A DNA stretch of 64,000 nt from Glycocaulis sp. (GCA_046295255.1 JBKBNS010000006.1:3580-67579); one strand, 5' to 3'. Counted from the first letter of the stretch, positions 18,925 through 29,234 are shown. The notes: generated from the letters alone by a model not told the origin. A program made the numbers and translations.

Positions 18925-20166
18925 TTGACCCTTGCCTCTCCCGATCCGAAACGTCCGGTGCTTGGCATGGCCGAGCTGATCGCGATGACGAGCGCGCTGA
19001 TGGCCCTCAACGCGCTCACCATCGACATCATGCTGCCGGCCCTTCCCGAGATCGGGCGGGCGTTTGATGCGCTGGGCAATGAGCGCCAGCTGGTCATCAC
19101 CTCCTACGTGCTGGGCTTCGGGATTGCGCAGCTTGCCTACGGCCCGCTGGCAGACGCGCTGGGCCGGCGCACCGTGCTGCTGGCTTCGCTCGGCGCCTAC
19201 ACGCTGGCGACCCTATTGTGCCTCGCCGCGCCCGATTTCAGCTGGATGCTGGCGGCGCGCGCCCTGCAGGGGGCAGCAGCGGCGGGCACGCGGGTCATCG
19301 CCACCGCCGTGGTGCGTGATCTCGTCTCGGGGCGGAAAATGGCGCAGATCATCTCCATCGCCATGACCTTCTTCATGGCCGCCCCCATCCTGGCGCCGGG
19401 CATCGGTCAGCTCATCCTCTTCGTGGCGGAGTGGCAGTGGATATTCATCGCGCTTCTGGTCAGCGGCGTGGCGCTGTGGGTGTGGATGTGGGTGCGCCTT
19501 CCCGAAACGCTGGCGCCGGAAAACGCCATCCCCTTCAACGTGAAGTCGGCAGCGGTCAATTACTGGCTGGCCGCGAGCAATCGCATCACGCTCGGCTATA
19601 TGTGCGCGGCGTCGCTGATTTTCGGCGCGCTCTTCGCCTTCATCGCCACCTCCGAACAGATCATGGCCGAGCTTTACGGGCTGGAGGCCTGGTTCGCGAT
19701 TGCCTTTGCCGGTGTCGCGGTCGGGCTTGCCTTTGCCAACGTGCTCAATGCCCGCATTGTCGGGCGCTATGGCATGCGGCGTATCTCCCACCTCGCCATT
19801 GTCGCCTTCATAGTGATCAATGGCGGGCACATGATCTGGGCGCTGATCGAGGAGCCGCCCTTCTGGGTGTTCTACCCGCTCTTGACCCTCGGCATGATGC
19901 TGTTCGGGATGATGGGGGCGAACTTCTCCGCCCTCGTGATGGAGCCGGCAGGCAAGCGCGCCGGGACGGCCTCCGCCCTTTACGGCTCGGTGACCGCCAT
20001 TGCGGGCGCCGCGCTCGGCTCGGCGATCGGGCTTACCTTCAACCAGTCAGTTGTCCCCCTTCTGGCGGGCATGGCGGTGCTCGGCCTTGCCGGGCTGATC
20101 GTGGTCTATATCACGGAAAAGGGTCAGCTTTTCGATCCGGGATCACCGGAGCCGGACACGCTCTGA
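18925..20166 (+). CDS. Bcr/CflA-family MFS efflux transporter
   Basis: IDIMLPALP, GPLADALGRR, RALQG and APILAP motifs; ~12 TM. Confidence 0.9.
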   Translation: MTLASPDPKRPVLGMAELIAMTSALMALNALTIDIMLPALPEIGRAFDALGNERQLVITSYVLGFGIAQLAYGPLADALGRRTVLLASLGAYTLATLLCLAAPDFSWMLAARALQGAAAAGTRVIATAVVRDLVSGRKMAQIISIAMTFFMAAPILAPGIGQLILFVAEWQWIFIALLVSGVALWVWMWVRLPETLAPENAIPFNVKSAAVNYWLAASNRITLGYMCAASLIFGALFAFIATSEQIMAELYGLEAWFAIAFAGVAVGLAFANVLNARIVGRYGMRRISHLAIVAFIVINGGHMIWALIEEPPFWVFYPLLTLGMMLFGMMGANFSALVMEPAGKRAGTASALYGSVTAIAGAALGSAIGLTFNQSVVPLLAGMAVLGLAGLIVVYITEKGQLFDPGSPEPDTL

Positions 20167-20244
20167 CCCGCGTCGGACCGGAATTTATCCGCTCCCCGCC
20201 TCCGCCGGGCTATACTGCGCTCCCCTCGAAAAGGAGTGCCGGAT

Positions 20245-21753
20245 ATGGCCACCGCTTCCGTTCTCACCGTGCATGGCTGGAGCGCGCAGGACAGCTCCAT
20301 GGCGGAGCTGGCAGGGTTTCTGGAACGTGCAGGCTTCGATACCGCCCAGCTCTGGCTTGGCGGCTACCCTTCCATGGCCGACGAAGTGCATCTGGCCGAC
20401 AGCGCGAGGCGCATGGGCGAAGTGGTCAAAGAGATGCAGGCCGATGGGCGGCTGGCTGACCGCTTCCACATCGTCACCCATTCCACCGGGGCGCTGGTCG
20501 TGCGCCAGTGGCTGGCCTTCGCCTACCCCGAAGGCGGCGCGCCAGTGGACAATTTCCTGATGCTGGCACCGGCCAATTTCGGCTCGCCGCTCGCCGTGCT
20601 CGGCCGCTCGGCGCTGGGGCGCCTGATCAAGGGCTGGAGGAACAGCTTCCAGACCGGCACCGAGTTTCTGCACGCGCTGGAACACGGCTCCATGGCGCAG
20701 CAAAATCTCGCGCTTGCTGACCGATTGTCGCGCAATGGTGAGACCGCCAGCCCGTTCAGCGAGGAGGCCGTGCGCCCTTACGTCATCACCGGGCTCGACG
20801 TGTTCCGGCCCATGGGGATCATGGGCGAGAGCGCGTGGGACGGCACAGTGCGCGCCGCCAGCGCCAATATCGACGCGCAGGGCGTGACGGTGGACTTCAC
20901 CGCCCGCGCCGAGGACGGGCTTCCCGCCCGCACACCCTGGACGCGCCGCGGCCCACACGGCACCCCGTTTGCCGTGCTGCCCGACCGCCATCACCTCAAC
21001 ATCACCGAGCCACTGACCGGCGGGCCGTCAGGCGCATCTGCAGACGCCGCGCGGCGGCTGGGACGGCTGGTGCTGCAGGCCTTGCGGGTGACCAGCGCGG
21101 CGGAGTACCGCCAGCTGCGCGATGACTGGGTGGCCCTCAACGACGCTACGCGCACCCTCGTCCAGCCGCACATGGAGGCCGAGCGCGCAGCCCTCGCCGG
21201 TGAAGAGCCCCCGGCACCGGACCGCTTCAACGAGCATTATCAGATCGTGTTTTCGGTGCGCGATGATAGTGGCCTGCCGGTTGATGACTATCATGTCTGG
21301 CTGACAGCGCCGACCGAGCGCGAACTGATCTCCGGGCTTTCCGGCGAGGTCTCACGGCCGGAGGAATACGCGCTGCGCCATGTGCTGAAGAAGGTGCATG
21401 TGAACCGGCGCGCCAGCCATCGCCGCGTCTTCCATATCGACCGGCGCGAGCTGATGAAGCAGGGCGGCCTGCGCTCTGCCCTCACCTCCAGCCGTCAGGC
21501 GCTGCTCGCCGCCGGGATCAGCGCGCCGGCACCGGGCCCGCATATCAGCTATTTCAAGCGCGGCGACGGTCTGGGTTCTGGCGTCATTCCACTGCGCTCG
21601 CTGGTAAGTTCCCGCCCTGATTCCATGGTTGCACCGGAGGCAGGCGAGCGCTTCCTGAAGCGCTACGCCACCCATTTCATCGACGTGATCGTGCCCCGCC
21701 GGGCAGATGAGAAGGTGTTCACGGTAAGGAGGCTGCGGGGGTGGTCACAATAA
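20245..21753 (+). CDS. Alpha/beta hydrolase (esterase/lipase-like) with an extra C-terminal domain
   Basis: VHGW, THSTG nucleophile elbow, APANFGS and DGTV motifs. Confidence 0.7.
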   Translation: MATASVLTVHGWSAQDSSMAELAGFLERAGFDTAQLWLGGYPSMADEVHLADSARRMGEVVKEMQADGRLADRFHIVTHSTGALVVRQWLAFAYPEGGAPVDNFLMLAPANFGSPLAVLGRSALGRLIKGWRNSFQTGTEFLHALEHGSMAQQNLALADRLSRNGETASPFSEEAVRPYVITGLDVFRPMGIMGESAWDGTVRAASANIDAQGVTVDFTARAEDGLPARTPWTRRGPHGTPFAVLPDRHHLNITEPLTGGPSGASADAARRLGRLVLQALRVTSAAEYRQLRDDWVALNDATRTLVQPHMEAERAALAGEEPPAPDRFNEHYQIVFSVRDDSGLPVDDYHVWLTAPTERELISGLSGEVSRPEEYALRHVLKKVHVNRRASHRRVFHIDRRELMKQGGLRSALTSSRQALLAAGISAPAPGPHISYFKRGDGLGSGVIPLRSLVSSRPDSMVAPEAGERFLKRYATHFIDVIVPRRADEKVFTVRRLRGWSQ

Positions 21754-21865
21754 GCCCTCGTCCTTCGAGACGGCTTCTGACGAAGCCCCTCAGGATGAGG
21801 GCTAGGGTTTCGCTTTTCCCCTCATCCTTTCGGACGCGGTGGCGCTCTAAGGACGAGGGAAAAGC
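21753..21865. repeat. Two tandem REP/RIME-like hairpins between convergent genes
   Basis: AGCCCTCGTCCT...AGGATGAGGGCT (21753-21803) and GCTTTTCCCCTCATCCTT...AAGGACGAGGGAAAAGC (21812-21865) share a CCTC(A/G)TCCT core. Confidence 0.75.
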
Positions 21866-21868
21866 CCC

Positions 21869-22762
21869 TCACCCCTCCCAGCTGGCTGCCATCTCTGCGG
21901 TGACAATGCCGTCGAGCCGCCAGCCTGCGCCCTCGCCCTGTTTGAGCACCTCACAGAGCCAGGGCATGAGGATCACAAGATCAGCCTCCAGCGTGTGAGG
22001 CGGGTTGATGATGACGAGGCCCGCTCCAGCGAGCTTGCCCTCGGCTTCCAGATCCCGCACCCACATATCCGCCCGCAATATGGCTTCAGGCTCCACATCG
22101 CGCTCGGTGACCAGCCATTCGGCCAGCCCCTTATCAAACCGGTCCAGCGACCAGAGATCCTTCATCGGCCGCCAGAAAATGAAGGTTCCTGTGGGCCAGC
22201 GCTCCAGCCCCTTCATCGCGGCTTCGGCGAGACGCACGAACTCGTCGCGGCCCTCAAAGGGCGGGTCGATGAGAACAAGGCCGCGCTTCTCGCGCGGCGG
22301 CAGCAAGGTCTTGAGCGCCTTGTAGCCATCGCGCTGCTCCACCTTCACCCGCGCATTGAGCGCGTAGCGCTTGTCGAGCGTCTTTGAATCCGCCTCGTGC
22401 AGCTCGCACAAATGCACCCGGTCAGAGGGGCGGATCAGCCGCGCCGACACTTCCGGCGAGCCGGGATAGGCGGTGAGGTCTGCGCCTTCATTCATCGCAC
22501 GGATAACCCGCAGCAGGGGCGCGAGCACACGCTCCACATCGCCTGCGCGGTCTGCGGCCATCACCCGGCCGATCCCTGCCTGCCATTCCGGGCTGCGCCG
22601 GGCGGCATCGCTGGTGAGGTCATAAGCCCCGATACCGGCATGGGTATCGATGACCGTAAAGGGCTTGTCCTTGCGTTTGAAATGCTCAAGGCAGAGCGCC
22701 AGCACGGCGTGCTTGAGCACGTCGGCAAAGTTTCCGGCATGGAAGGCGTGACGATAGTTCAT
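21869..22762 (-). CDS. rlmJ: 23S rRNA m6A2030 methyltransferase
   Basis: MNYRHAFHAGNFADVLKH, DTHAG, YPGSP and LIDPPFE motifs. Confidence 0.95.
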   Translation of the reverse strand: MNYRHAFHAGNFADVLKHAVLALCLEHFKRKDKPFTVIDTHAGIGAYDLTSDAARRSPEWQAGIGRVMAADRAGDVERVLAPLLRVIRAMNEGADLTAYPGSPEVSARLIRPSDRVHLCELHEADSKTLDKRYALNARVKVEQRDGYKALKTLLPPREKRGLVLIDPPFEGRDEFVRLAEAAMKGLERWPTGTFIFWRPMKDLWSLDRFDKGLAEWLVTERDVEPEAILRADMWVRDLEAEGKLAGAGLVIINPPHTLEADLVILMPWLCEVLKQGEGAGWRLDGIVTAEMAASWEG

Positions 22763-22885
22763 GAGGGGAGCTTCTAGCAGCGCGCACGCTTTTGTGAATG
22801 CCCCGCCTGATTGACCCGTCCGGAGCACAGCTTAGCGTTGCCAGTCAATCAGGGCGAAGCACGCCTGAACCGACGGGGAAGACAT

Positions 22886-24379
22886 ATGTTCAGATCGATT
22901 ATTGCAGGGCTCACCGCCCTTCTTCTTGGCACGGCCGCCTTCGCGCAGGCCCCCGACACGGCGAGCGATCCGCGTGAGCCGCGCGTGTTTGAAAGCCGCG
23001 GCGAGGTAAGCGCGAACGGCCAGCGCGTGCGTTACCGCGCCATCGCGGGCGAGACCTTCCTGCGCGATGATGACGGCAAGGCGATCGCGTCGATCTTCTC
23101 CACCAGCTATATCCGCGAGGGCGTATCCGATCCGCGCACGCGGCCCGTCGCCTTCATCTTCAATGGCGGACCGGGCTCGGCCTCGCTCTGGCTGCATATG
23201 GGCGTTTTCGGACCGGTGCATCTGGTGCTGCCGTCCGAGGCAGAAGACGATGGCGCCGCGCCCTACGACCTGCGCGCCAACCCGCACACCCTGCTGGACT
23301 CAGCCGATCTCGTCTTCATCGATCCGGTCGGCACCGGCTATAGCCGAGCGCTGGGCGATGCGGATCCTGCCCAGTTCTGGGGCGTCAACGAGGATGCCCG
23401 CTCGCTCGGCCAGTTCATCCGCGTATGGCTGACCGAGAACCGGCGCTGGAACTCGCCCAAATACCTGATGGGTGAAAGCTATGGCACCACACGTATCGGC
23501 GCGCTGATGAACGAGCTGGAGCTGGGCTGGAACAATGTTGCCTTCAACGGGGTGGTGCTGATCTCGGTGGTCATGGAGATGGCCAATGCCCGGCCCGACA
23601 ATCCGCTGGGCCTGACCGGGCTTCTGCCGGGCTATGCCGCTACCGCCTGGTATCACAACCGGGTCGACCGGGCCGCCTGGAGGAATGATTTCAACGCCTT
23701 CCTGCGCGATGCGCGCGACTTTGCCACCGATGAATTCCTGCCGGTCCTCCTGCGCGGGCATGATGTGGACGAGACCCGCTTCAATGCCACGGCTGTACGC
23801 ATGGCCGAGCTGACGGGCCTGCCTGAAAGCTATCTGCGGGCCTCTCATCTGCGCGTGCCGCTTAACCGCTTCCGCACCGAAATCCTGCGCGACCGGGGGC
23901 TAAGTGTGGGCCGGTTTGACTCGCGCTTTGCCGGTGAGGAGCCGGATTCCTTGCGCGAGAACCCGGAAGGTGACCCGTCCGGCTATGGCATTGCAGCGGG
24001 CTATACGGCTGCCATGCGCGAGCACTACACCCGCAATCTGGGGGTCAATATCACCGACACCTACGTGACGCTGGGCGGGGTGCGTAACTGGAACTGGAAT
24101 GCGGGCGAGGCCGGCGGAAACAACTCCTACCTCAACACCTCGGTCTGGCTGGAGCGCGCCATGCGCCAGAATGCGGATCTGCGCGTGCTCGCCACCAACG
24201 GCATCTACGATCTCGCCACGCCCTTCTTCGGCACGGAGATGACGTTCAACCGCCGCAATTACGATCAGAGCCGGGTCAGGCTGACCTATTACGAGGCCGG
24301 GCACATGATGTATCTCCACCACCCCTCGATCGAGCAGCTCGCGCGCGATGTGCGTGAGTTCGTCGCCGAGGGGCAGTAG
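22886..24379 (+). CDS. Secreted serine carboxypeptidase, S10 family
   Basis: Signal peptide; FNGGPGSAS, DPVGTGYS, GESYG and AGHMMY motifs. Confidence 0.9.
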   Translation: MFRSIIAGLTALLLGTAAFAQAPDTASDPREPRVFESRGEVSANGQRVRYRAIAGETFLRDDDGKAIASIFSTSYIREGVSDPRTRPVAFIFNGGPGSASLWLHMGVFGPVHLVLPSEAEDDGAAPYDLRANPHTLLDSADLVFIDPVGTGYSRALGDADPAQFWGVNEDARSLGQFIRVWLTENRRWNSPKYLMGESYGTTRIGALMNELELGWNNVAFNGVVLISVVMEMANARPDNPLGLTGLLPGYAATAWYHNRVDRAAWRNDFNAFLRDARDFATDEFLPVLLRGHDVDETRFNATAVRMAELTGLPESYLRASHLRVPLNRFRTEILRDRGLSVGRFDSRFAGEEPDSLRENPEGDPSGYGIAAGYTAAMREHYTRNLGVNITDTYVTLGGVRNWNWNAGEAGGNNSYLNTSVWLERAMRQNADLRVLATNGIYDLATPFFGTEMTFNRRNYDQSRVRLTYYEAGHMMYLHHPSIEQLARDVREFVAEGQ

Positions 24380-24395
24380 AGACCGGTCAGGCAGA

Positions 24396-25742
24396 TCAGC
24401 TCACCACCTCGTCACGCAGGGTGCGGGCGGCCAGAAGGAAGGCAATCGCCGCCAGGCCGCCAACACCGCCGAACGTCACCATGGACCAGCGAATGCCTTC
24501 GGCTGCGCCAAGGCTCTGGGCGTAAATATCGCTGAACGTGCCGACCAGAAGCGGACCCAGGCCCAGCCCGACCAGGTTGATGATGAAAAGCAGCACCGCC
24601 GCCGCGGTGGCGCGGGTACGCGGCTGGACGAGGCTCTGCGCGCTGGCAAAGACCGGCCCGTACCAGATCGCGCCGACAAAGACCGGAAGCGCCAGCAGCG
24701 CAAAGGACAGCACCACATTGCCCACCAGCATGGAGGCGATGAAGGGGATGACCGTGATCAGCGCGGCATAGGCCGGCACGGTGGCATAGCCCGCCACATT
24801 CGTCCGCGCAGCCCGGTCAGCGAGTATCCCGCCCACATAGGTGCCTGCTGCGCCGCAAATGCCGATGATCAGGCCGAGCGCCGTGCCGACAAAGCCTATC
24901 GGCCCGAAATTGACGCCGAGAAACTCGTTGACGCTGGCAGCCATCGCGGCAAGCCCTTCGCCGTGATTGCGCAGATAAAACGAGCCGTAAAAGGCGATAT
25001 GGCCATAGCCAACCATGGCGCTGAGCGCCGCACCAATGGATACCCACCAGAAGGATTTCTTCGACTTCAGCTCGGCTAGCGCCTCGCCAAAGTCCGGCCC
25101 CTTCACCGGCTCCACTTTCTTGGCAAGGCCGCGCCGCGGCTCGGGCAGTGTGGTAAAGGCCAGAATGGCCAGTACGACGCCGGGCGCACCGGCCACGAAG
25201 AAAGCCGCCCGCCAGCCCCAAGCGTCAGCAATCAGCCCGCCCAGCACCATGCCCGCGAGCGAGCCCAGCGGGATACCCATGGAGTAGAAGGCCAGTGCGG
25301 AGGCGCGCTGTTCCTTCGGCGTGTAGTCAGAGATCAGGGAGTGCGCGGGCGGGGTGCAGCCCGCCTCGCCGACGCCCACGCCGATGCGCGCCAGAAGAAG
25401 CTGGATGAAATTGGTGGCCAGCCCGCACAGCACGGTGAAGGCGCTCCACACCGCGACCGCCACCGAGATGATCTTCACCCGGTCGGCCTTCTCCGCGTAG
25501 CGCGCAATGGGGATGCCGAGCACGGTGTAGAACAGGGCGAAGGCGAGGCCCGTGAGCATGCCAAGCTGCCAGTCAGCCAGACCCAGCTCGATCTTGATCG
25601 GCTCGGCCAGGATGTTGACGATCTGCCGGTCAAGGAAGTTGAAGATGTAGATGATCAGCAGCATGCCGAGCGCATAGCGGCGCGCTCCGGGTGAAAGCGG
25701 CGCAGCCGGAGCCGCTTCCGGTGTCCCGACATCGGTTTTCAA
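24396..25742 (-). CDS. MFS transporter, spinster-like
   Basis: NFLDRQI, RIGVGVGEAG and WGWRAAF motifs; TTG start after GGAGG. Confidence 0.9.
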   Translation of the reverse strand: MKTDVGTPEAAPAAPLSPGARRYALGMLLIIYIFNFLDRQIVNILAEPIKIELGLADWQLGMLTGLAFALFYTVLGIPIARYAEKADRVKIISVAVAVWSAFTVLCGLATNFIQLLLARIGVGVGEAGCTPPAHSLISDYTPKEQRASALAFYSMGIPLGSLAGMVLGGLIADAWGWRAAFFVAGAPGVVLAILAFTTLPEPRRGLAKKVEPVKGPDFGEALAELKSKKSFWWVSIGAALSAMVGYGHIAFYGSFYLRNHGEGLAAMAASVNEFLGVNFGPIGFVGTALGLIIGICGAAGTYVGGILADRAARTNVAGYATVPAYAALITVIPFIASMLVGNVVLSFALLALPVFVGAIWYGPVFASAQSLVQPRTRATAAAVLLFIINLVGLGLGPLLVGTFSDIYAQSLGAAEGIRWSMVTFGGVGGLAAIAFLLAARTLRDEVVS

Positions 25743-25845
25743 GGTGATTCCTCCCCAGGGTATGGCGCGGGGCTGTTGCCCCTCTTGTAGTTAACCCTGA
25801 GGTTAGAGCGTCCGGACTGTCTGTGAAGGGGGAAGTTGCGCTTTT

Positions 25846-26892
25846 CTATCCGCGCGGACAGATCAGCACGTTTGAGTCAAACACCGCCCCGACCACGAAC
25901 TGGTACTGATAGGGTGCGCCCACGCTGGACCCGCTGAGCTCCTCGCCATGGGTATAGAGCACCGTCACCACCTGCCCGGTCTCCGGATCGACCCGGATGA
26001 CATGGGAGGGGGCAAGGGCGGTCTCGTCACCGGCATGGGCGAGAAAATCGAACACGCGCGGATGGGCGCCGATCCACAAATGCCCGCTCTCGTCGATCTC
26101 GATATTGTCCGCCCCGGTGCGCACCGGTATCGAGCGGCGATGGGTGAGATAGCCGGTCTCGGGATTGCGCTCATACACATTCACCCGGCGGCCCAGGAAC
26201 TCGGCGACATAGAGTATCGTTCCGTCCGCCGAGACATTGATGCCATTGGCATAGATGAGCCCGCGCGCGGCGATGCGGCCCGTTTCGCCGTCAAAATAGC
26301 TGACCGAGGAGGCAGGCAGGCCGAAATAGGCTTCCAGCGGCTCCATGATGCCGCCGACAAACCCCCGGTCATTGGTGGCGTAGAACTGACGCGGGCCAAC
26401 CGCGACCAGATCATTGGGCGAGGACAGCTCCGGATAGGCAATCGTCTCGGCATGGACGAGCCGCCACTCATCATCAATGTCGAAAATCTCCACCGTATGG
26501 CCGCCGGCAACCGGGTGATTGATGACGAAGAGGCGCTTTGTGCCATCATCGGCTTCCCACAGGCTGATGCCGTGCGGCTGGAAATCCTCCGGCCCGTCCA
26601 CGCTGGCATAGCGCAGCGTCCCGTCCGGATCGGCCATGTCGAACGTCCATATCCCGCCCGCGAGCGGGTTGGGCGTGCGCCGGTCCGCAGCAGAGACGAA
26701 CACCATGCCCGAGCCTTGGTGGATGGTCACATCCTCCGTGCCCGGCGCCACATCCAAGCTCTGGCAGCGGTCAGCAAGGCGCGGCTCGTAGGGCGTGAGC
26801 CAGCCTGCCGCCGGCACGATCATATAGGCCACGCGCGCCAGCGCGATCAGCACCACAAGAGCCACAGCAATAAGGATTACCCGGACCATCAC
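25846..26892 (-). CDS. Paraoxonase/arylesterase-like six-bladed beta-propeller lactonase
   Basis: GTED, PHGIS, VINH, PNDL, TND, ANGIN, DNI and HP motifs follow the PON metal-binding and catalytic pattern; N-terminal hydrophobic anchor. Confidence 0.85.
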   Translation of the reverse strand: MMVRVILIAVALVVLIALARVAYMIVPAAGWLTPYEPRLADRCQSLDVAPGTEDVTIHQGSGMVFVSAADRRTPNPLAGGIWTFDMADPDGTLRYASVDGPEDFQPHGISLWEADDGTKRLFVINHPVAGGHTVEIFDIDDEWRLVHAETIAYPELSSPNDLVAVGPRQFYATNDRGFVGGIMEPLEAYFGLPASSVSYFDGETGRIAARGLIYANGINVSADGTILYVAEFLGRRVNVYERNPETGYLTHRRSIPVRTGADNIEIDESGHLWIGAHPRVFDFLAHAGDETALAPSHVIRVDPETGQVVTVLYTHGEELSGSSVGAPYQYQFVVGAVFDSNVLICPRG

Positions 26893-26961
26893 ACCCTCCC
26901 CTGTCTCGTCTCAAGGTTAACGCAAGCCGGAAGAACTGTCTTGAGGGGAAATGGGAGCCTC

Positions 26962-27055
26962 TGAAATCCCGGAGGCCCGAAGGGCCATCCGGGACCTGAT
27001 GCAGAATAATTCTGACAGAGGCCCCGGATAGCGCTGAAGCGCTTCCGGGGTTTCA
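26962..27055. repeat. REP-doublet (REPIN-like) palindromic element
   Basis: Ends TGAAATCCCGGA...TCCGGGGTTTCA (inverted, 1 mismatch) enclosing two GC-rich hairpins. Confidence 0.7.
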
Positions 27056-27059
27056 TTCA

Positions 27060-29234
27060 CTATTGTGCCGCCCGCTCCCCCGGCCGGTAGGCTTCCACCG
27101 CGCTGGCGCGCACCTCGTCCTCGCCCATCGGCACGCGGCGCAACACCTCGTCGGCAAAGTCCTGCATCTGGCTGGTATAATGCGGGTCGCCGGGCCGGTT
27201 GGACGCGCCGAAATGATGAACGGCCCAGAGCGAGAAAGCCCCGTCCGCATCCCATTCGGCCAGCATCACAAGCCCGTCGCCTGCCACCATGCGCAGCGTG
27301 CCGTCTTCATCGCGCGCGCCATAGACCGCGCGCAGCGTGTCCGGCCCGCCCTGAAGCGGCACAGACACCTCGCCGCGCTTGATGAAGTTCACCTCGCCCC
27401 AGGGCGGGTCATAGCGGCCATGATGGGCCATCAGCCAGGCCGCCGCACTGCGGAAAGCCTCGTCCAGCGGCGGGCCTTCACGGCCAGCTGAACGCGCCGT
27501 TCCGACAGGCTGATAGGTCAGGAGCGAAAGGGCCGCATGGCGATTATCGAAATCGGCCCGTCCGTCCCATGCCTCGATAATGGCGAGCGCCCCGGCAAGC
27601 TCCGGCTCGCCGGACCAGTCATGGCCGAGCAGTTCGGCGCGCAGCTGCAGGGCCTGACTGTCGGGGTGGAAGGAATGGTCCCACTTGATGGCGAGCAATT
27701 CCTCGCGGCTGGTCGTCTCCAGCGCAGCGAGGCGCGCCGTGCCGACCAGCCCCCGGTTGGTCATGTGGGTCTCGATGCCAAAGCTTGGCGGGAAGTCTGC
27801 CGGGTCCGGGTCTTCTTCGGTCAGCGTCACGCGGAAGGGGGTGTGGTTCGCGTCAAACACATAGCCAGCCTCAGGGTCGACCATATGCGGCAGGGCGGAG
27901 AACGGCGCGAACTCGCTCCACACCAGATCGGACCGGTCACCCGGCAATATGCCGCGCCAGTCCAGCCCCTCCTCCTCCACGCGCAGCGGCATGCGGGCAT
28001 TGTAATAGCGCGCAATGCGCCCGGCCGCGTCACCCGCCACGCGGTTGGTATTCCCCATGGCGAGCATTTCCATGGCCGCCTCGAACTCGGCGAGGTTTCC
28101 CGCCTGCATCATGCGGTAGGTCTGCTCCACCCCGCGCATATCACCCTGTGTGGCGTGACGCAGGGCAAAGACGCCGCGTTCGGTACGCAGCACCGTGCCG
28201 TGGACGGTGCGCTCTATTGGACGCGTCACCTGAAAGGCGAACGGCCCCCACACATGCACCAGCATGCGCGCCGTGGACCGCTCAAACGGCACATACGCGC
28301 CATCAAGTAGATAGGAACGGTCATCCGGGCCAAGGGTGAGCGCATAGACATCAATCACGTCTGGCCGGTTGATGGTCGCCGCATGGGCAAGGCCCGGATT
28401 GGCACCGAGATGCAGGACCGGCACACCCGGGAACGTGCCGCCGGCGAAGTTCAGCCCCTCGCCCGACATGATATGCGTCTCATACCAGGCGACAGGGCCT
28501 TCGACCGGCTGGTGGGAATTGATCACCACGCGCGTCGCGCCATCGTCCGAGCGTGAGGGCGCCACCGCAATCGCGTTCGACCCCAGCTCATGCTGCTCGC
28601 CCGGCGCGATGAAATGGACCTGAAGCTCCTGACCGCGTGCGCCGTCGCGTTCCACATCGGGCGCAAACAGCTCGGTCAGTACATCGCTCATCCCGTAGAA
28701 AAGCGGGTAGTAGAAGGCCGCCAGCGCCGCCACATCCCGGCCCGTCACCGGGAACAGATCGCGCCCGCGCTCATGCGGGTGGAGGGCCGCGTAGTAATTG
28801 AGCCCCGCCGCATAGCCCTCCAGAAGCGCGCGCGTATCAGGTGAAAGCTGCGCCTCGTACTCCGCCGCCACCAGTGCGGTCACGCCAAGCGCCTGCACGA
28901 GATAGGCGCCGCGCGCCTCACTCTCATCGGCGGCGAGCATGTCAGGCCCCAGCGCGGCCCGCAGCGCATACTGGATGGTGGGGAAGTCATCTTCGGAATG
29001 GGCGTAGGCCAGCGCGAAGGCCGCATCGGCGTCGGTAGCGCCCAGCACGCGCGGCACGCCCCATCGATCGCGGAAAATCTCGGCCTCGAAATGCTGCGCC
29101 TCTGCGAGCGCAGCATCGGGATCAAAGCTGCGTACCTCCAGCGCCACAAGGCGCAGCCCCGCCGCAAACGCGCCCGCCACCACCAGCGCCAGCACCAATG
29201 GCACCGCTATCAGGATGATCCGCCCGAGCCGCAT
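27060..29234 (-). CDS. Ntn-hydrolase acylase (penicillin/AHL acylase family, S45)
   Basis: RDRWGVP, AYAHSEDDF, beta-subunit start G/SNAIAV and NSHQP motifs; N-terminal anchor. Confidence 0.88.
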   Translation of the reverse strand: MRLGRIILIAVPLVLALVVAGAFAAGLRLVALEVRSFDPDAALAEAQHFEAEIFRDRWGVPRVLGATDADAAFALAYAHSEDDFPTIQYALRAALGPDMLAADESEARGAYLVQALGVTALVAAEYEAQLSPDTRALLEGYAAGLNYYAALHPHERGRDLFPVTGRDVAALAAFYYPLFYGMSDVLTELFAPDVERDGARGQELQVHFIAPGEQHELGSNAIAVAPSRSDDGATRVVINSHQPVEGPVAWYETHIMSGEGLNFAGGTFPGVPVLHLGANPGLAHAATINRPDVIDVYALTLGPDDRSYLLDGAYVPFERSTARMLVHVWGPFAFQVTRPIERTVHGTVLRTERGVFALRHATQGDMRGVEQTYRMMQAGNLAEFEAAMEMLAMGNTNRVAGDAAGRIARYYNARMPLRVEEEGLDWRGILPGDRSDLVWSEFAPFSALPHMVDPEAGYVFDANHTPFRVTLTEEDPDPADFPPSFGIETHMTNRGLVGTARLAALETTSREELLAIKWDHSFHPDSQALQLRAELLGHDWSGEPELAGALAIIEAWDGRADFDNRHAALSLLTYQPVGTARSAGREGPPLDEAFRSAAAWLMAHHGRYDPPWGEVNFIKRGEVSVPLQGGPDTLRAVYGARDEDGTLRMVAGDGLVMLAEWDADGAFSLWAVHHFGASNRPGDPHYTSQMQDFADEVLRRVPMGEDEVRASAVEAYRPGERAAQ

